A stretch of 64,000 bases of DNA, taken from NCBI GenBank assembly GCA_030696155.1, contig JAUYSY010000039.1, forward strand, positions 5,620 to 69,619. Reading direction: 5' to 3'. Below, piece by piece: positions 61,628 through 64,000 of this stretch (positions are counted from its first letter, which is position 1; each line of letters begins with the position of its first letter). The position numbers and the translations under genes were made by a program. The stretch comes from Alphaproteobacteria bacterium. Lineage in GTDB: Bacteria; Pseudomonadota; Alphaproteobacteria; JAUXUR01. The notes beneath the pieces were generated by a model that was not told the DNA's origin, made no database searches, and saw nothing but the letters and a program-made list of their open reading frames with translations.

Positions 61628-63142
61628 ATGTTTAGAAATAAGTCATTAATATCTTTAGGTTTATTTGGGTTACTCCTTTGCTCAAACCAAAGCTATACTT
61701 TCGCGAGCGCTGAAACAGCAATTGAAACATCCACACCCATTTTTCAAAAGGGCGATACAGCTGACATTGAAGACGCAAAAGCAATTTATGCAGCTAAACT
61801 TAAAGAATACGCATCAATTGAAGCGAAAATACATGAGCTTAAAAAAATTGATCCCAATGGCGATTATATTATAAATGATCAAAATAAAAATTCATTTTAT
61901 GCAACAACAAGTACTGAATTTATAAAAGAAATTGGACAATTATCAAAAGAAATTTATGGTACGGGTGAAACAGACAAGCACGAAATTCAAAAATTATATG
62001 ATGAAGAAAAACAAAAAGTAGAATTAGAAAATGATCTTCTTTACAAAAAAATTAATGAATATATTAATTTTAAAGAAGAAGTAAAATCTGGCGTAATGTC
62101 ACCTTCTAGTTTTCAATTGCTTGTTCGCGCAAGATTTGGTGATTATGCAAGGAATATTGATATTAATGATGCGACAACGCGTGCCAAGCAAATTGAAGCA
62201 TTAGACGCTGTTTCGAACATTATTACGTCGCGAATTGATAGCAATGCTAAAGCCATTGATAATATGGATATATATTATTTAGTTGTTCAAAGATATCCTG
62301 TTGTTAAATATGGTTATTTTAAAGATTATATCGTTGTTAAAACGTTTTACAGACATGAATACACACAATTTTCTGGTGCGCTCCTTTATAGTCCGTCAAA
62401 AAACCACCTTGTTCTTGCCTTTCCTGGAACTGTAACGGGTGCTGATTGGGGGCGTAATCTAAGCTTTACAAAACATCCAGGCGAACTTATTCCAAATGAG
62501 GAATTGAGCCTCCATAAAGGTTTTGTTAAATCTTACAATGAAATAAAAGATCAAATTAATAGTGAATTAAATCGTTGGGTAAGTTTATATATTAATGATC
62601 CTGCTAATAAAGATCGAATATTGGAAGTAACGACGACAGGTCATTCTAAAGGTGCTGCCATGTCAACGATTGCAGCCATTGACATTGCTGCAAATATTTT
62701 AACAGAGCATTTAGGGCCTAAAGATGGTCAATTCCCTTGGAAAGTTAATAATCCAAATTTTGCATCTCCTCGTTTCGCGGGTACAAGAACATCAAAATTA
62801 ATTGAGGAAAAATATCTGAGCAAATATGATATTTTACGTTTTGTTAATTATTGGGATGTCGTTCCAAGTGTGGTAGCCGAATTTACAGGATCAAAACATG
62901 TGGGTGTTGGTTTTGTCTTTAGCACTGGATTTTTTGAAGACATGACCAAAGATTATCCTATTGTGAACTGGCACAATATGGAGAAATATGCAGAACTTTC
63001 TCCCATTCAATTTGAAAAATGTCGTGAAGCTGGGAAAACGCTTGCAACTGATATTTTAAAATTAAATAAATTGAAAACAGAAATCCAAGACCTTGAAAAA
63101 CAACATGGGTTTCATCAAAAAGGATGGTTGTCTGGTCTTTAA
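61628..63142 (+). CDS. Secreted class-3 lipase with N-terminal helical extension
   Basis: Signal peptide; LAFPGT, HKGF, TGHSKG, FASPR, RFVNYWDVVP, distal H. Confidence 0.85.
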   Translation: MFRNKSLISLGLFGLLLCSNQSYTFASAETAIETSTPIFQKGDTADIEDAKAIYAAKLKEYASIEAKIHELKKIDPNGDYIINDQNKNSFYATTSTEFIKEIGQLSKEIYGTGETDKHEIQKLYDEEKQKVELENDLLYKKINEYINFKEEVKSGVMSPSSFQLLVRARFGDYARNIDINDATTRAKQIEALDAVSNIITSRIDSNAKAIDNMDIYYLVVQRYPVVKYGYFKDYIVVKTFYRHEYTQFSGALLYSPSKNHLVLAFPGTVTGADWGRNLSFTKHPGELIPNEELSLHKGFVKSYNEIKDQINSELNRWVSLYINDPANKDRILEVTTTGHSKGAAMSTIAAIDIAANILTEHLGPKDGQFPWKVNNPNFASPRFAGTRTSKLIEEKYLSKYDILRFVNYWDVVPSVVAEFTGSKHVGVGFVFSTGFFEDMTKDYPIVNWHNMEKYAELSPIQFEKCREAGKTLATDILKLNKLKTEIQDLEKQHGFHQKGWLSGL

Positions 63143-63186
63143 TAAGGTTAACTCAGTAATTACTTTATAGGAAACCCAAAGGTTTC

Positions 63187-63459
63187 CATCGTTGAGATAA
63201 GCCCCAAATTGAATGGGGCATCGTGCTAATCCAAAAAATAGTCTTACACTAGAATATTGATTTTGGACTGGATTGCTTTGCTGTCCCTTTTTAAATTTGG
63301 ACCCGAACCAGCCACATCGTCATCGCGTCCTCGTTCTCCTCACATCGTTATCGAAAACTCCCGCCCTATTTTGAGGGTGTGGCGATCTAAAAAAAGGTTG
63401 CAAACGACTTTTTTAGATTGCAGCGGGTCCCTTTAAATTTGGGCCCCTCGCAATGACGG
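63187..63459. repeat. Two tandem degenerate palindromic elements (CTCGCAATGAC-type)
   Basis: Repeated GTCCCTTT(TT)AAATTTGG; GTGGCGATCTAAAAAA / TTTTTTAGATTGC; ends CTCGCAATGACG. Confidence 0.6.
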
Positions 63460-63493
63460 ATTGTAATTGTTATTCCTTTTAAATCCGCCCCTT

Positions 63494-64000
63494 TTAGGTA
63501 GACTGACGACTTTTTTTCATTACAGGCTCCCCCTCATTACAAACTTCAAAACCTCGTTCTAATCTTTTTTTTAATAAACTTGGATTAAAAGCATGCTGCG
63601 TCAAAACAGAGAAGGCTTCATAATTGCCATTCTCATAAGCAAGCTCCCAAGGCAATTTTTGATCTTTATTTTTTCGCATCATATCAACCTCCCTAATATT
63701 AGAATGTTTGAGAATAATCTTTAAACAATCTACGTCGCCAACAATAGAAGCCAAGTCTAAGGATGAATATAATACTCCATCGTCATTTATAAAATCGTTT
63801 GGCTCAAATATTAAATTTTCCATAAAATGGTTAAGTGTTCTTTTGTTTTTACTAATAATTAAAAAATCTAAAACACTATGACCTTTTTCATTTCTAATTT
63901 TTAATATTTTTTTAATTCTATCCTTAAAATTTATTTTAAAATAATCAATGCATTTTACTGCCTCATCATCTAAATTTTTTTTAACAAAATACATAATATA
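63494..64000 (-). CDS. Ankyrin-repeat protein, C-terminal part (frame open to window edge)
   Basis: NEKGHSVLDF, SSLDLASIVGDVDCLKIIL, NKDQKLPWELAYENGNYE. Confidence 0.75.
   Translation of the reverse strand, partial: YIMYFVKKNLDDEAVKCIDYFKINFKDRIKKILKIRNEKGHSVLDFLIISKNKRTLNHFMENLIFEPNDFINDDGVLYSSLDLASIVGDVDCLKIILKHSNIREVDMMRKNKDQKLPWELAYENGNYEAFSVLTQHAFNPSLLKKRLERGFEVCNEGEPVMKKSRQST

Noticed and set aside
1-64000. CRISPR array, prophage, integron, rRNA
   Set aside because: No regularly spaced direct repeats, cas, integrase, phage structural or rRNA sequence recognised

Overview
AT-rich alphaproteobacterial chromosome segment. Gene content and order, plus many orphan signal-peptide proteins (LRR, ankyrin, class-3 lipase), suggest a host-associated Holosporales/Rickettsiales-grade organism (inference). 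The backbone is housekeeping: secA (partial), glyQS-ppdK, fdxA-rph-rdgB-hemW-gpmI-envC-ctpA-polysaccharide deacetylase-rppH, thrS-infC, ygfZ, zwf-pgl, tRNA-Lys(CTT), rsmD, xseA, pbpC, rho, mnmE-mnmG-rsmG-parA-parB with two perfect parS sites, holA-lptE-leuS-DUF3576-porin and yggS. The most notable items are these. (1) A domain-shuffled family of secreted proteins in which one ~140-aa N-terminal module carries either a kinase-like or an NlpC/P60-like domain, with a third kinase-only member. (2) Many Rickettsia-RPE-like palindromic elements; five share a central hairpin with compensatory changes, and three consecutive junctions of one operon are occupied. (3) A full-length ogt gene absent from the ORF track, apparently starting at ATT, and an ATA-start infC. 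(4) An accessory island with an NDUFA12-mlaD relic, a decayed IS630 and two methyltransferase paralogs, only one with a signal-peptide-like leader. (5) A rut-like rho leader. All calls are by eye; no searches were run.
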